The notes under the pieces are model-generated. The model searched no databases and was not told where the DNA came from. It saw only the letters and a program-made list of their open reading frames with translations. The position numbers and the translations under genes are program-made. A stretch of 64,000 nt of DNA from contig WELA01001627.1 of the NCBI GenBank assembly GCA_009602735.1, positions 97,578 to 161,577 on the forward strand. The letters are read 5' to 3'. The DNA is from Mesotaenium endlicherianum. Lineage: Eukaryota. Shown here piece by piece: positions 36,601-50,491 of the stretch (the first letter of the stretch is position 1; each line of letters opens with the position of its first letter).

Positions 36601-37616
36601 TGTAGGTGACAGTTCCCTGTCACTAGTGATCCCCACAGCTAGGCAACAGTGTTGAAGCAAGAGGCAGGCGGTGGGGGATTAGTTCTGTTAATTCCCTTAC
36701 CAGATAATTCTACCATTTGATGTTGTCGAGGCGACAACAATTTAAGTTGGAGAGATTGTAATGAATCAATATATTGGTAGATATAATATCCATTTGTAAA
36801 AAAGTTAATTAAGTTCAGCCTGCTGAACTTTAGTCAATATTCAGTCTGGTGGACTGCATATACTTATCAGTTTAATGACTCAGCGGAGAGCAGCAGGTTG
36901 AAGTCAACTTAGGTCAGCTTGCTGACACATTCTTTGACGGGCAGCTGACTTCCGTACTCTGGAGCAGCAAACTGCCTAGATATGCATCTAAGTGTGATAT
37001 GCTAGATGAATGGCCAAATGACATCCTTGGGATGGATGGCAATTCGGGATGATGGGAGATGGTGGTAGATTTGGTTAACCGAAGTCCTACCAACGTGGTT
37101 AACTCCCGGGTAGGCAGTGCCATCGCACTTGCCGTTGAATAGTGAACTCATTCCATGTACATATGCTAGACATTGCTCTCAAGTTCGGCATTCGGAAACG
37201 AGGCCAACTCTCTTGTACTGCTTACTGAGAGATATCTGAATCCAAGGTGAGAAGCCATTGATACGCACTGTCTTCTAGCCTTGCTTATGTATAAGTTTAC
37301 TGATTGCATTATTGATGCTAGTTTACCTGCATTTGACTTGCGAGTATTGTCCACTGTTAGTGTGTTGCCTTTTGCTGTTTAATTAGTAAACAAAAAATAC
37401 CATAAAGATTATTCGCTGTTATAAAGATCTTTCTTAATTGTTAATCGCCTATTGGTAAGTCAATTCATTTTACACAAGTACAAAGTCTACTTCAATTTTC
37501 ATTTTTGCTTTCTCGAGAATTGTCAGTTGATCAAAGTCATCGTTATTTTTTTCCGCTAATTATTAAATTACTCTTGAATATCGAGGAAAGATCCTCTCGA
37601 AAGACAAAAACGTACA

Positions 37617-40600
37617 TAGGTATTGGAGCTGATCTTGGTTTCTTCGAGGAATTTTTTTTCTAAGTGATTAGAAATATACTTATGATGCATGTGATGATGA
37701 AATTGTACACAAATTAAATAACATGAAATAGTAGATAATTAGAATAAAAAAGAGGGATTAGTCTCGTTGTATTTCTACGTTGTTTTACAATATTTCACCA
37801 CGAGAATTTTTTCTCTGCTTAACGGCGCTACTTTGGCTTCCCCGTGGATACTGACAATGGTGCCGACGCTGTTGTTGCTGCCGCCGCTGCTACTGCTGCT
37901 GCCACCGCTGCTGTCGCTGCTTTTGCGGCCGACCCCAACGCTGTCAATATCAACATTTCCCCCAACCCCCAAGGCGATGGCGGGATTTTGCCAGCTGAAC
38001 CACTTACTCCGCGTTCATTTCAATATAATAAAGTTGAACGCTTTACTACCGTCTACGTTGAATGCCGACAATCAAACCATGACAATGGCCCTGAGCACTC
38101 TGTCCCACGTGCTTGGTCGCGCTGAGGACCGTCTCAACCTTGCTGGAGCCAGTCATGTCGAGTTAGCCAACGTAAATACTCAATTTGTAATAGCCATGGA
38201 GTCTAATTCCGTTGTCCGTACTTTCTTACAAGCTGCCAGGGTGAAGCGGGGCCACCAGGGATATTTGGAAACGTCAGTTACCAGCATCTCCCACCCGCCC
38301 CCACTCCGGCACTCACTGCCCTCCCTAGGCGGTCCGCGGCGCCAACACCCTCTTACAAGCCCTCTCCACCTGAAAAGTTTCAGGGTGGCCCGGGTATCGA
38401 TGTGCGTTGTTTCCTCAAAGAGCTTAAGACATTCTTCGCCTTAGCAAAGGTCACCCCCGCTAATCAGGCCATGATGGCTTCCACTTTTCTTAAGGAGGAT
38501 GCATCACAATTATGGCATGGACAAGATCGTGGACCTATAACTTTTGAGGAGTTTTGCACAGAGTTATGTAATTCTTTTGGGCGTCACAACCCTTCGAAGT
38601 TAGCTCGGGGTAAGTAACTCCAGCTGGAGCAAACGAACACCATCGAGGCTTATGTCAACAAAATTTGTATTTTGGTGGCACAAATAGTGGATACTCTTTT
38701 GATGCGGGTACTCAGATTCACCTGTTTTGGTTGGGACTGCAGCCGGCTTATGCCACTTGCCTCAATGCGAATCCTGTTACGGGTTCAGAGTGAACTTCAA
38801 TTGCAGATCTCATCCGCTATATTGAGACTTTAGCACTGGAGGAGCCAGTCGTTCAGATTAAACGTCAGCCTGTTTGTCCTTCCCGTCCTCCGCCCTCCTT
38901 TCCTGGTTCCAGTTCGTCCGGCCCGAAGAGAAACTCTTATTTTGGGACGGGCAACACTTATAAATCATCGCGTCCTCCTCCCAAGATTAGCAAGATAGAT
39001 AACACAGATAACACAGAGGCTCGTAACCGCATCTGACGGAGGGTCTGTGTTTTGCATGCGAGAAACATGGGCATACGATCTTGACGTGGCCCACTAGAAA
39101 GGATCAGAGAAACGATCCCAAGGGGTAAGGCAAGGGGTCTTTCAAAGAGTAACTCGAGAGACAGTCGCAAAACCTCCTTTTGAGCTATTAACAACACTCC
39201 TTAGTGTGCAGAATGTCTAGGTGCTTGTGCGCATGCACCAAAGATTCTTGTTCTTTCAAGCGTACCCAATATTAAATATATTTTGTTTTGGATATATTTG
39301 TATGACTGTTGAGTTTTGCTGAATTCTTGGAACTTGAGTGCATCCATGCTTGCATGTTCTTGCACTTTCAGCAGCATGATCCTAACCTTGAACAGAGTTA
39401 CGCACACTTGTCTCGTTTACAAAAAATGCACAAGTGTCTCGCATCAAATTCATGTTGCTGCACTCACCCAAAGACGCGCAGATTTTGAACCAATCACTCA
39501 GTTTCCTGCGGGATCAGCAATTAATGCAGAATGGGATTTTGGTAAAGGACCTCCACATTTCCCACATTTCTCTCAAGACGAGGACATTGCTAGTGATGCA
39601 TAATGCTTCTTTGGCTTTCAGTATGACGTTTGAGACATACATCTTAGGCCGGTCATGTCCCACAATCATTGATTTAGGAGTTTCTTATAGTTTTCTCTGC
39701 GCGCGTTTTGATTTGAAACTAGTCCCAGTATAGTTGAACAGCTACGCCTTGGCGATGGTTCTTTAGCTCGTATTGTGGGCACAATCCGATTACCGCTTAA
39801 GGTGCAATCTTACTTTGGCCACGTGCAGTTTTCTGTCGCTGACTTGCGCGAAGGTGTTGATGCAATTTTGGGTAACACTTGGCTTACGCAAACAAGGGAA
39901 CTACTCGCTGAGGTCAAAATATGTGCATTGTTTGCAAAGGGACCTGGAAGATCACTCTTCAGTCTCTTGAGCTCAATATGGCATCCAAAAGTCCTAACAA
40001 GACTCTTTTGTTGTCCATAAAACAAGGTCGACGTTTGGCGAAACTAGGTCAACATGTATTCTATGGACTACTGAGACAAGATTCCGCAGAGGTTTCCACC
40101 CCGCTCTTTACGGAAGATCCGACGTTAGTAGTCCCTGGTCATGTCGCGACACTTACTGCTGAACTTTTTGCTCTTTTGCAGAATTACAAATCTGTGTTCC
40201 CGAGTGAAATACCAGCCGAGTTACCACCTAATTAAGATATTGGGCATACCATTTCTCTTGTCCCAATGCTCAACCTACTTGGCGGCCTATTTATTGCCTA
40301 TGTCCGTTGGAGCTCACGAAAATGAAGGACCAAATTATTGACTTGCTCGATAAAGGATGGATTGAGCCGAGCTCTTCTCCATTTGGGGCCCCCATCCTAT
40401 TGTTCAAAAGAAAGATGGGACGGTCAAAATGTGCATTCATTATCGTGCTTTGAACAACATAACAAGTGAAGAACCGCTATTCGTTGCCTCGCAATTATGA
40501 CTTCTTTGATTTGTTGCAGGGGGCACGCGTGTTCTCCTCAGTTGATCTAGCTCAGAGCTATCATCAAATTTGAATCACAAAAGAGGACGTCCCCATAACA

Positions 40601-42680
40601 GCGTTTCGGACGCCTATTGGGCACTTCCAATACAAAGTCCTAAGTTTTACGTACCAATGCACCAGCGACATTCCAAAGCACGATGACTGATTTGTTTAGA
40701 CCGTACTTGGGTAAGTTTGTCCAGGTTTACCTCAACAATATCCTTGTTTATTCAAAGACGGAGGTTAAGCATTACAAGCATCTGGAATTGGTATTGCAAA
40801 TCCTTCGAGAGCAATTGTACCTCGGACATATTGTTGGTCCAAACGGGGTGCGCCTTGACCCTGCCAAGATTGCGTGTGTCGCAGATTTTGGCCTGTCTCG
40901 AAAGATGTACATACTGTACGTTCATTCCTTGGATTTGCTAAATGCTTTTGTATATTTATGCAAGGTTATTCAGTTTTGGTCGCACCACTCGCTGCTCTGA
41001 CGAGGGAAAAATGTGCCGTTTTTTTGGAATGAGAATACGCGAGCGCATTTCGTATGCCCTCACTCATGCGCCAGTTCTCTCATTGGCCGATCCAAACTTG
41101 CCTCACGAGGTGGTTGCGGATGCGTCCGGCGTCTGAATAGGGGCTCTCCTGCTGCAGGCAGGCAAGCCTATCAATTTTGAGAGTCAAAAGCTAACACATG
41201 TCAAACAGAATTACTCAACAAAAGAGCAAGAGCTCTGGGTAATTATATACGCTTTAAAAATTTAGCAATGTTATTTGGAAGGCAGCAAGGGTTTGACAGT
41301 GGTTACGAACCACTGCCCACATACCTTCTTCCAAGTTCAGCCAACGCGGTCAAGGAGGCAGACGAGATGGCCTGAGTTCTTGCAACGTTTCCACTTTAAC
41401 TAAGCGTATCGTCCTGGTCGCCACAATGTTGCGGACCCTCTAAGTCAAATTCCTCAGCGTATTTTACTGCTGGGGACCGTTGCGAGCTTCCTAGAACAAA
41501 ATGGTCAGGTTTCAAGGGCGGCCACCCTTGATCCTATTGTAACCCCCCAAACGTCCGCACGACCCCTGCCTAGTGACGTGGGCAAACCTTTTTGGATAGC
41601 GTGCATACCTCAAAAGCACTTGACCTGCATCAATTATTTCTCGCGGGCTATCTCAAAGATCCGTTTTTCTTAGATCTCTTGGGTAATGGCTTGAACGGTG
41701 TAGTTGTAACGATGGACAGTATGGACAAAAGTGAAGGACACTCAAACTATAAGTTTGAGGACTGTTTTTGGTGACACAATGGGCGCATTGTGGTCCCAGA
41801 AGGCCAAGTAAGATATATGTGCTACTACGGGAAGCACGTGACTCTCCTTACTCGAGTCATCAAGGAAATACCAAAACCATACACGCTTTGCGCCGAGGGT
41901 ACATTTGGCCGTCCCTCAAAGTTTATGTTGCCGGGTGCATCACCAACTGCACAACATGTCAGAGGAACAAATCGAGCAATGTGTTGCCGGCTAGGAAATT
42001 TCATCCATTGGAACTTGCAGGTGCTAGTTGGGAAAGCATAAGCCTCGACTTCGTCGTGGAATTGCCTACCACCGATATAGGACATAATGGGGTGTTAATG
42101 ATTGTGGATCGTTTCACTAAGATGGTGCATTTTGTGGCCACCAAACCATCACTTGACGCAAGGAAGACCGCTCGTCTCTTCGTTGATCACGTATTCAAGT
42201 TACATGGCATGCCATAAGAGATCATAAGCGATCGTGATAGTAAATTTTACGAGCCACTTCTGGCAAGAGTTTGCTTGTACTTTGGCACAAACCTTAAGAT
42301 GTAAACTAGTTTTCATCCTCACATCCATGGTCAGACGAAAAGAATGAACCGTGTTTTGCAACAATGCCTAAGGCATATATGAATCCTCGCCAACACAATT
42401 GGGACACCCTCCTTTGTTGCAGAGTTCGCTGTAAATAATGTTATCAGGAAAGTATTAAGAAAACTATGTCTTTTCTTCATTAGGGAAGACAACCGCACAC
42501 TCCCTTGACACGCATGGTTCCCGATCAGACGGGGACGTCAACCATGAGAGTATTAAGTGCACGCCAATTTTTCCATTCTCTTCAAGAGGTGCACAAACAA
42601 GCGCAGTTGGCGTTAGCTACTGCTCAAAATCTGCAGTAAAGATTTGCTGATACTCATAAGATTTAGTTGAGTTTTGAAGT
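37617..42680 (+). mobile_element. Internal region of old, decayed Ty3/Gypsy element G4 (gag-PR-RT-RH-IN, 3'-truncated)
   Basis: FLKELKTFF gag remnant; GAPIL/QKKDG; VYLNNILVYS; VVADASG; HQGNTKT...CTTCQRNK; ISLDFVVELP; VDRFTKMVHF. Confidence 0.88.
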
Positions 42681-42792
42681 GAGCTTCTAGATCTGTCTTC
42701 AGGGATGTCATCACTGCATTTAATTGCAGTCTTGAGAGGGGGTCAGCCGGGTTTGTCTTGCCGGGCTGGTACTGAATCGTGATGTTGTATTG

Positions 42793-44476
42793 TTACAAGT
42801 ATCCGCTCCATCTTGCTTGTCTCCTTGAGAGATACGGCTGCGTCTGGAGGTGCTTCAACGTCTCGTGGTCCGTAGTGACCAGCACCTTGCGTCCTTCAAC
42901 GTAGCAGCAACAAATCTTCAAGGCATGTATAATTGCCAATGCCTCTTGCTCCGTGGTTGTATAACTTTGCTCGGCTGGATTTAGCTTCCTTGACTCGTAG
43001 GCAATGGGCTCCAGTCCCTTGCCTTGGTCTTGAAGCAGGATTGCTCCTATTGCATAGGAACATGCATCGGTGATGACGTGGAAGGGCCAATCTGGGTTTG
43101 GACTTGGGAGTGTGAGCACCGCGGATGTCGTCAATCTTTGCTTCAGTTGTTGGAATGCTTCCTCCTCTTTCTTGGTCCAAACATATGGCTTGTCCTTATC
43201 GAGTAGATCCGTGAGGGGGGCTATGTGCGAGAAGCTCTGGAAGAATCTCCTGTACCAATTGGCAAATCCCAAGAATGATTGGAGTTCTTTCTTGGTAGTG
43301 GGGGTTGGCCATTCCTCCACCATCGTGGTCTTCTTGGGGTCCATCTTGATGCCATCAGCAGTCACGTGGAGACCTTGGAACTCCACTTCTTGTTTAGCAA
43401 ACTCGCACTTCGATTTCTTTGCGAATAGCTTATTTTGCTTCAATACTTCGAGGAATCCTTTCAAGTGTCTTACATGCTCTTCAAGGGTATTGCTGTATAT
43501 AAGGATGTCATTGATGAATGCCACCACAAATCTGTCCAACATGGGCTGAAATATGGTGTTCATCATAGTCATGAAAGTTGCTGGCGCGTTGGTGAGTCCA
43601 AATGGCAAGATCATGAACTCAAAATGTCCATATCTTGTCCTCAATGCCGTCTTCTCTATGTCTGGTTCTGCGACGCGAATCTGGTGGTAGCCGCCCCGTA
43701 AGTCAATCTTCGTGAAGTACTTGGCTCCAACCAGCCGGTCCATGAGCTCATCCATGCGCGGCAGCGAGTATCGATTCTTGATGGTGATCTTGTTAAGGGC
43801 GCGATAGTCCACACACATCCTCAAGGTACCATCTTTCTTCTTGACAAATAGCACCGGGGCTCCAAATGGCGACTTGCTAGGTTGAATGAAGCCATGCTCC
43901 AGTAGCTCCTTGATTTGCTTCTTGACTTCGTCTAGCTCCGTGTATGACATTTTGAACGTAGGCCGAGAGATGGGCTTGCTTCCGGGCTCCAACTCTATCT
44001 TGTGGTCTACGAATCTCATGGGGGGTAAGCCCTTGGGCAATTCCGGGGAGAATACTTCTTTGTAGTCCTCTAAGACTTCTTGTATCTCCTTGGGAAGGGG
44101 GCTGCCTTCTTGACTCTCGATGTCTTTCTTGATGTCATTTGGCGTGATCAAGGCCAAAAGAAGCTCTTGTCCCTTCCTCACAAGTTTCTTGAATTGGAGG
44201 GCGGACAATTGTCTCTCGCGTGACGGCTTCTTCATCTCTTGGGTCTGGATATTTTGGATTGCGCGCAAAATACAGATTCTTGAAGTGATGTCGTTCTTGA
44301 TCTTGATGGTACCGTCGCTCCAATCAACTTGGAGATTGTGCTTGGTCAACCAAGGCGTCCCTAGGATGACGTTGTACTTGCCCAATTGCATGGGTGAGAA
44401 CACTATTCTATCCTTGAAGGACTTGATAGAGAGTGACAAGGGGTACGTCTTCTTGGAAGGGGTAGTGCAGGAGAAT
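42793..44476 (-). pseudogene. PR C-terminus, RT and RNase H of G3
   Basis: 548-aa ORF with [26 protein letters not shown] (catalytic DD appears as ND), [11 protein letters not shown] and AYESRKL. Confidence 0.92.
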
Positions 44477-45231
44477 TGTAATGAATCAGTATATTGGTTG
44501 ACATAATATTCATTTAAATAATATAGTGAAATAAGTTCAGCCTGCTGGACTCTAGTTAATGGTCAGTCTGCTGGACTTTATATTTAATATCAGTTTAATG
44601 ACTCAGCGGGAAGTAGCAAGCTGGTGTCAGCTTAAGTCAGCGTGCTGACACATTCTTTGACAGCCAGCTGACTTCCGTACTCGGTAGCAGCGAACTGCCT
44701 CGATATGCATCTAAGTGTGGTATGCTAGATGAATGGCCAGATGACATCCCTATGATGGATGGCGATTCGGGATGATGGGAGATGGCGGTGGATTTGGTTA
44801 ACCGAGGTCCTACCAACGTGGTTAACTCCCGGGTAGGCGGTGCCATCGCACTGACCGTTGAACAGTAAACTCATTCCATGTACATATGCTAGGCATTGCT
44901 CTCGAGTTCGGCATTCGGAAACGAGGCCAACTCTCTTGTACAGCTTACTGAGAGAGATCTGAATCCAAGGCGAGAAGCCATTGATACGCACTGTCTTCTA
45001 ACCTTGCTTATGTATGAGTTTACTGATTTGCATTATTGATGCTAGTTTACTCGCATTTGACTTACGAGTATTATTCACTGCTAGTGTATTGTCCTTTGCC
45101 GTTTAACCAGTTAACGGAAATTACCATAAAGATTACTTGCTGATATAAAGATCTTTATTAATTGTTAATCGCCTATTTGGTAAGTCGATTCATTTCAGTG
45201 GTATCGGAGCAGTTATCACAGTCTTCTTTGT

Positions 45232-46710
45232 ATGGTAAGGACAAGGTCTCAAACTAGCAACTCCCGAGACATGGAGAACCAGGATAACGAGAATGTCGAA
45301 AACCAGGCGGAAAGCCATGTAGCGGGAAACCGTACCTATTCGGAAGCAGTAGCGGATACTGCAGCTAGGGAGGCTGCAGATGAGGCAGCTGCTATTGCCT
45401 CAGTCGCAGCTCAGCAAGCTGAGGAGGAGATAGCCAGACTAGAAGCTGAACAAGTAGCAAAGGCCGCTGAAGATATACAAAGGAGGGAAGGACAGCCAGC
45501 TGACGAGCGCACTGTTGAAGAACTTATGGCATCAAGGGCCAATGTTCTGAACCCACCTCCTGCCGTACAACTCAATGTACCCCTAGGTCAAATACGTGAC
45601 CGGCTGAATGCGGCAGGAATTGCTGCTGCAGGAGCGAGAGGGATTGTTGAGGACACTACTCAGCGAGTAGATGCCAATGCTGCTGCTGCATTTGCTAATC
45701 TACCACCCCAAAATGTAGACTTGGGAGCATTGTTCGTTCAGATGCAGTCGCAAATGGCGACCATGTATCAGTCCCAGCAGGAGGACAAAAGAATCATAAT
45801 GTCCCTACTCCGGGACAGAGACCAACTGGGGTCTCACACCACTAGTGGTGGTGGCCGAGGGCCTAGTAAGCCCAAGCCGAAACCTCCCCAGGACTATGAT
45901 CCTGAGGGAAACAGAAAATATTACCTGATCAAGTTTCTCGCGGATGTTGAGCAGTGGCTGGAGAACTACCCAGAACTGCAAGATTACGAGAAGGTCAGGC
46001 ACACCGGTGCGCTACTGAAAGGCAGTGCCGCAGACTGGTGGCTTTACTGGAAGGAAGAGCGTAAGGCTCGGCAACTCGGTGACCCTACGTGGGTAGAGTT
46101 TGTCGAGAAGTTGCATGAGAAGTTTGATGTCATCAACCAGCAGGAGAAAGCTATCTATGCGATGATCTCCCTGACACTGAAGCAGACCACTTCAGTTGCT
46201 GAGTTTGCTCAAAAGTTCCAAGAGAACATGATGAAGCAGCCTGATTTGCCAGAACGGTATAGGATAGCATACTTCAGGTATGGCTTGAAATCCGAGGTCT
46301 CTGGTCATTTTGCTGAGAAAAAGTATGAGAAACTGGCTGACTTGATCCAGGATGCTGACGCCTGGGATCAGCAGCAGTTCAATCACAAGCGCCAGAGTAA
46401 CGCTTTGGTGTCTAAGATTGTCAAAAAGCCCCACGGTTCCTACAATGCAGTTGAAGGAGACCAGGCTGAGGATAATCAGGGTGATGAATATGAGTATGAG
46501 TACAATGCTATTCAGTCTAGAGGTAGAGGTGGTCCCTCTCGAGGTGGCTATGGAAGGGGTGGTGGTAGGACTAAGCCGAGACCAGCCTCAGCAAAATCTA
46601 CTTGCTACCATTGTCAGCAGAAAGGCCACTACAGAGAACAGTGTCCGGTCAAGCACCTGCCTAAGGTCGAGAGAAAAGACCAGCCTTTAAAAGACAGCAA
46701 CAGTCAGTAA
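45232..46710 (+). CDS. Gag of G2 (intact, 492 aa)
   Basis: LKGSAADWW, TWVEFVEKL, LKQTTSVAEF and zinc knuckle CYHCQQKGHYREQC. Confidence 0.93.
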   Translation: MVRTRSQTSNSRDMENQDNENVENQAESHVAGNRTYSEAVADTAAREAADEAAAIASVAAQQAEEEIARLEAEQVAKAAEDIQRREGQPADERTVEELMASRANVLNPPPAVQLNVPLGQIRDRLNAAGIAAAGARGIVEDTTQRVDANAAAAFANLPPQNVDLGALFVQMQSQMATMYQSQQEDKRIIMSLLRDRDQLGSHTTSGGGRGPSKPKPKPPQDYDPEGNRKYYLIKFLADVEQWLENYPELQDYEKVRHTGALLKGSAADWWLYWKEERKARQLGDPTWVEFVEKLHEKFDVINQQEKAIYAMISLTLKQTTSVAEFAQKFQENMMKQPDLPERYRIAYFRYGLKSEVSGHFAEKKYEKLADLIQDADAWDQQQFNHKRQSNALVSKIVKKPHGSYNAVEGDQAEDNQGDEYEYEYNAIQSRGRGGPSRGGYGRGGGRTKPRPASAKSTCYHCQQKGHYREQCPVKHLPKVERKDQPLKDSNSQ

Positions 46711-49700
46711 TCCAGTCTACTGACTGTGAGGATGCTAGAGATAGTGAGTCGTCACTAGCTGCCCTCGTAGCAGGTGTTTTGGGTCCTGCTGAACTGGATT
46801 CACTATGCATGCCTGACAACCAGGTAAAGGAGGCCATCAGCAATATAGACATCCAAAGAGTGCACACTCTGGATGTTCTTGTTCCACTTGATGTCCAACA
46901 TTTCTTTGCTAAGTCAGAAGAACAATGCGAAAGTCAAGAAAAGACAGTCCCCCCTATCCTACTGCGTTGCATGATTGCAGGTAGGAAGGTGAGGGCATTT
47001 GTTGACGGAGGGCGTCACATACTTTTATCCACAAGGACTTAGTTAAGCGGCTAAGGCTGCCTACTGTCACCCAAGGGAATAGAAAAATATTCCTTGGAGA
47101 TGCCTCAAGTATCCCGGGAGGAGTCATAACCAAGCCTATTGAGGTCCAGTTAGGTTCTGGCATTGCAGTTCTAACTGAAACGCTTACATTTGAGGTACTC
47201 AACACTGGCTTTTATGATCTCGTGCTAGGCAGGTCCTGGCTTAATAGACATCAAGCTGAAGTGTGTTGGAGCAGAGGTACAGTTAAAGTGAGAGGAGCCA
47301 GTGATGGGCAGACTGACTTGGCACCCACCAGTGCTCTTCCTCTTGTCCTGTGTGGATGGCAAATGAAGGAAAAGAAGAGGCTTCCAGAAGGATGCAAGTT
47401 GCTGAATGCAATGGAGTTCGTCAAAAGCTGGAACCAGAAGGAAGACAGAATGTTATGTCTGCTGCTAAGAGAGGTACCTCCTCAACCTGAAGGAGTGGTT
47501 GAGAAAAAGGTATGCCCTCCGGAGCACCCTACTGCTGCGAAAATTGTTGCTCAGTACATGGCTGTATTTAAGATGCCTCCAAGACTACCCCCTAAGCGGA
47601 AAGTAGATCATAGGATTGATTTATTACCTGGTAGATAGCCACCCTGGCAACGCACTCAGGGCTTGTCTTATGTGGAGAGCGAGAAGTTGAAAACACATAT
47701 TGCAGAGCTTGAGGAAAATGGTTATATATCTCCCAGTAAATCACCTTACGGCGCACCCATCCTATTTGTTAAGAAAAAGGATGGCAGTATGCAGATGTGT
47801 GTGGATTACAGAGCTCTGAACAGAATTACGATAGAGAACAAGTATGCCTTACCCAGAATCAAGGACTTGCTTGATACCCTGTCCGGTACTAAGGTGTTCA
47901 GTAAGATAAATCTCAAAAGTGGTTATCATCAAATCAGAATTGCTGAAGGGGATGAACACAAGACTGCCTTTCGCACACGCTATGGACATTATGAGTTCAA
48001 CGTGATGCCATTTTGACTGAGTAATGCTCCTGCTACCTTCATGGGTGCTATGAATGACATTTTCAGACCTTATTTGGATAAGTTTGTGCAAGTTTTCGTG
48101 GATGATATTTTGATTTTCTCTAAAGATGAAGCTCAGCACACTTAACACTTAACGACAGTCATGGACACTCTGAGGAAGAATCACTTATATGCTAAAATGA
48201 GCAAGTGTGATTTCTTTAAGGAAAGTACTGAATTCTTAGGCCACGTTGTCAGTTTCGAAGGCATCAGTGTGGATCCTAAGAAAGTCCAGACCAAAAGGGA
48301 CTGGCCAGTACCACAGTCTGTCTCTGAAGTTAGATCCTTCTTCGGGTTGGCTAACTACTATAGGAGATTTATTGAGAATTATTCCACAAAGGCCAATAAA
48401 CTGACTGACCTTACTAGGAAAGACATAGGGTATTTGTGGGGGGAAGAGCAGCAGGCTGCCTTCCAGACCCTTAAAGATGCCCTTTGTTCAGCCCCAGTGC
48501 TAGCTGTGTATGACCCCAGCAAACCGGTGCAGGTGGTTACTTATGCCTCTGACTTTGCCATGGGTGCTATTTTGTTACAGCCTGCTGACAAAACCTCAAA
48601 AGATGGTAAGGTACGACAGGAGTGGCATCCTGTGTTGTATGAGTCTATGAAATTTAATCCAGCGGAGATTAGTTACTCAGTGCATGATAAGGAGCTGCTA
48701 GCTATCATTCATGTACTCAAACAGTGGAGAGCATATTTACATGGTAAAGCTTTTAAGGTGATTACATTATCTAGCTCTGACTCACTTTCAGAAGAAGTCC
48801 AAGCTGTTGAGGAGGGAGAACCGCTGGAGCCAGATGCTGGAGCAGTTCCAAGTCCAGATCGACTACAAACCAGGGAAGTTGAATCCTGCTGATGCACTCT
48901 CTAGAAGACCTGACTTGCAAGAAAGGAACTTTAGTCAGCATGCTGTAGATAAAGTCCTGTGTGCACTCACTTCACTAAAGGTGAAAAAGTCCTTCCTAGA
49001 ACAACTTAGGAAAGCCTACCTTTCTGACCCAACATTTGAGCCCAGCCCCACTACTGGTGTGTGTCGTGCTACTGCACTCGGGTATAAGCTCAAGGGAGGG
49101 GTCTGGGTGACTGAAACCACTTCAGGCAGGCTGAAGCTGGTCATTCCTAATAATTTGGAAATAAGGTCTCTCTTACTGAGTCAAGCTCATGACAGTCTCC
49201 TGGGTGGACATTTGGGGCAGGCCAAAACTGTTGGCAAACTGGCAAAACATTATCATTGGGAGGGGTTACCCCGGGAGGTCTTGAAATATGTCAAGTCCTG
49301 TGACCAGTGTCAGAGAAATAAGTCTCGGCACACACCACCCGGAGGTCTCTTGCAACCGCTACCCATCCCAGCGGGACGCTGGGAAACTATATCCATGGAC
49401 TGGGTGGTCTCACTACCAAGAACTGCCAACGGGCATGATTCAATACTGGTAGTCGTGGATAAATTGACAAAAATGGTCATTTTATCCCCACAACTGTCAA
49501 AGTGACTGCACTCGAAACAGCGAGACAGTTCTACAACCATGTAGTATGCCAACATGGGCTCCCTTCTAATATCATCTCAGACAGAGACTCAAAATTCACC
49601 TCTAAGTTCTGGAGAGCTTTAATGGGGTTAATGGGAGTCAAACAGATGCTCAGCACAGCCAACCACCCTCAGACTGATGGGCAGACTGAAAGAACTAACC

Positions 49701-50491
49701 GAGTTCTGCAGGAGGTGCTGAGAGCATATATTAACCAAAAACAAGATAATTGGGATGACCTGTTGCCTCAAATTCAGTTTGCGGTTATTAGTGCGGTGCA
49801 CACGTCAACGGGCAAGACTCCCTTCGAACTCAGCCTGGGTAGAGTCCCTAAGTCTCCTTTAGATGTACTGGGGGAGTCTTTAACTTGCCCTGAAGGGATT
49901 GACAACCCGGTCTCCCTCCAGTTAACTCAGGAGTTTGCTGACACCCTGTCAGAAGTCCAACAAAACCTGCACAAGGCCCAAGCAAACCAACAAAAATACG
50001 CTAATCAACACCGTCGGGAGCTGACATTTTCCAAGGGCGATTTAGTCAAACTGCATTCTCAGCACCTGTACCTCCCTGGTGTGGTCAAGAAAAAGCTTGG
50101 CCCTGTCTGGGTCGGTCCATATTCGGTGGTACGTCGTATCGGTCAGAATGCTTACAAGCTGAACATGTCAGCTGAATACAAGGGTCACCCGGTCTTTAAT
50201 GTCTCCTTCCTGGAACCATACATCAAAGGTGATACACTGTTCACAGGTCGGTTACCTGTCCAACCGGGACCGGTCCCCACTGTTTGGGACGGCGACCCTG
50301 AGGAATATGAGGTCGATGAGATTTTAGACGCTCGCTCGGTCCGTCGATCGTCTAAATATGTCATGAAGTACCTCATCCGATGGAAGGGTTACGATGCCTC
50401 TGGGGACACTTGGGAATTTAAAGACCAGCTGACCAATGCCAAAGGGGCGTTGAAACGGTTCCACCTTCGAGCGGCTGGGGCACCGCCCTAA
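46686..50491 (+). pseudogene. pol of G2 (PR-RT-RH-IN-chromodomain; several stops and frameshifts)
   Basis: [21 protein letters not shown]...[32 protein letters not shown], and chromodomain EYEVDEILDAR...YLIRWKGYDASGDTWE. Confidence 0.95.

Larger units (their letters stand above)
26795..37472 (+). mobile_element. Full-length but decayed Ty3/Gypsy chromovirus G1 (family A)
   Basis: LTRs 26795-27512 and 36757-37472; 5-bp TSD CACAA (26790-26794 and 37473-37477); tRNA-iMet PBS TGGTATCGGAGC 27514-27525; PPT at about 36743-36756; gag-PR-RT-RH-IN-chromodomain with many stops. Confidence 0.95.
25951..37616 (+). repeat. LTR family B (5' LTR of element G4), split into 25951-26794 and 37473-37616 by insertion of G1
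   Basis: TGTAACGAT start; collinear with the intact LTR B at 58626-59543; followed by a degenerate PBS GGTATTGGAGC (37619-37629). Confidence 0.8.
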
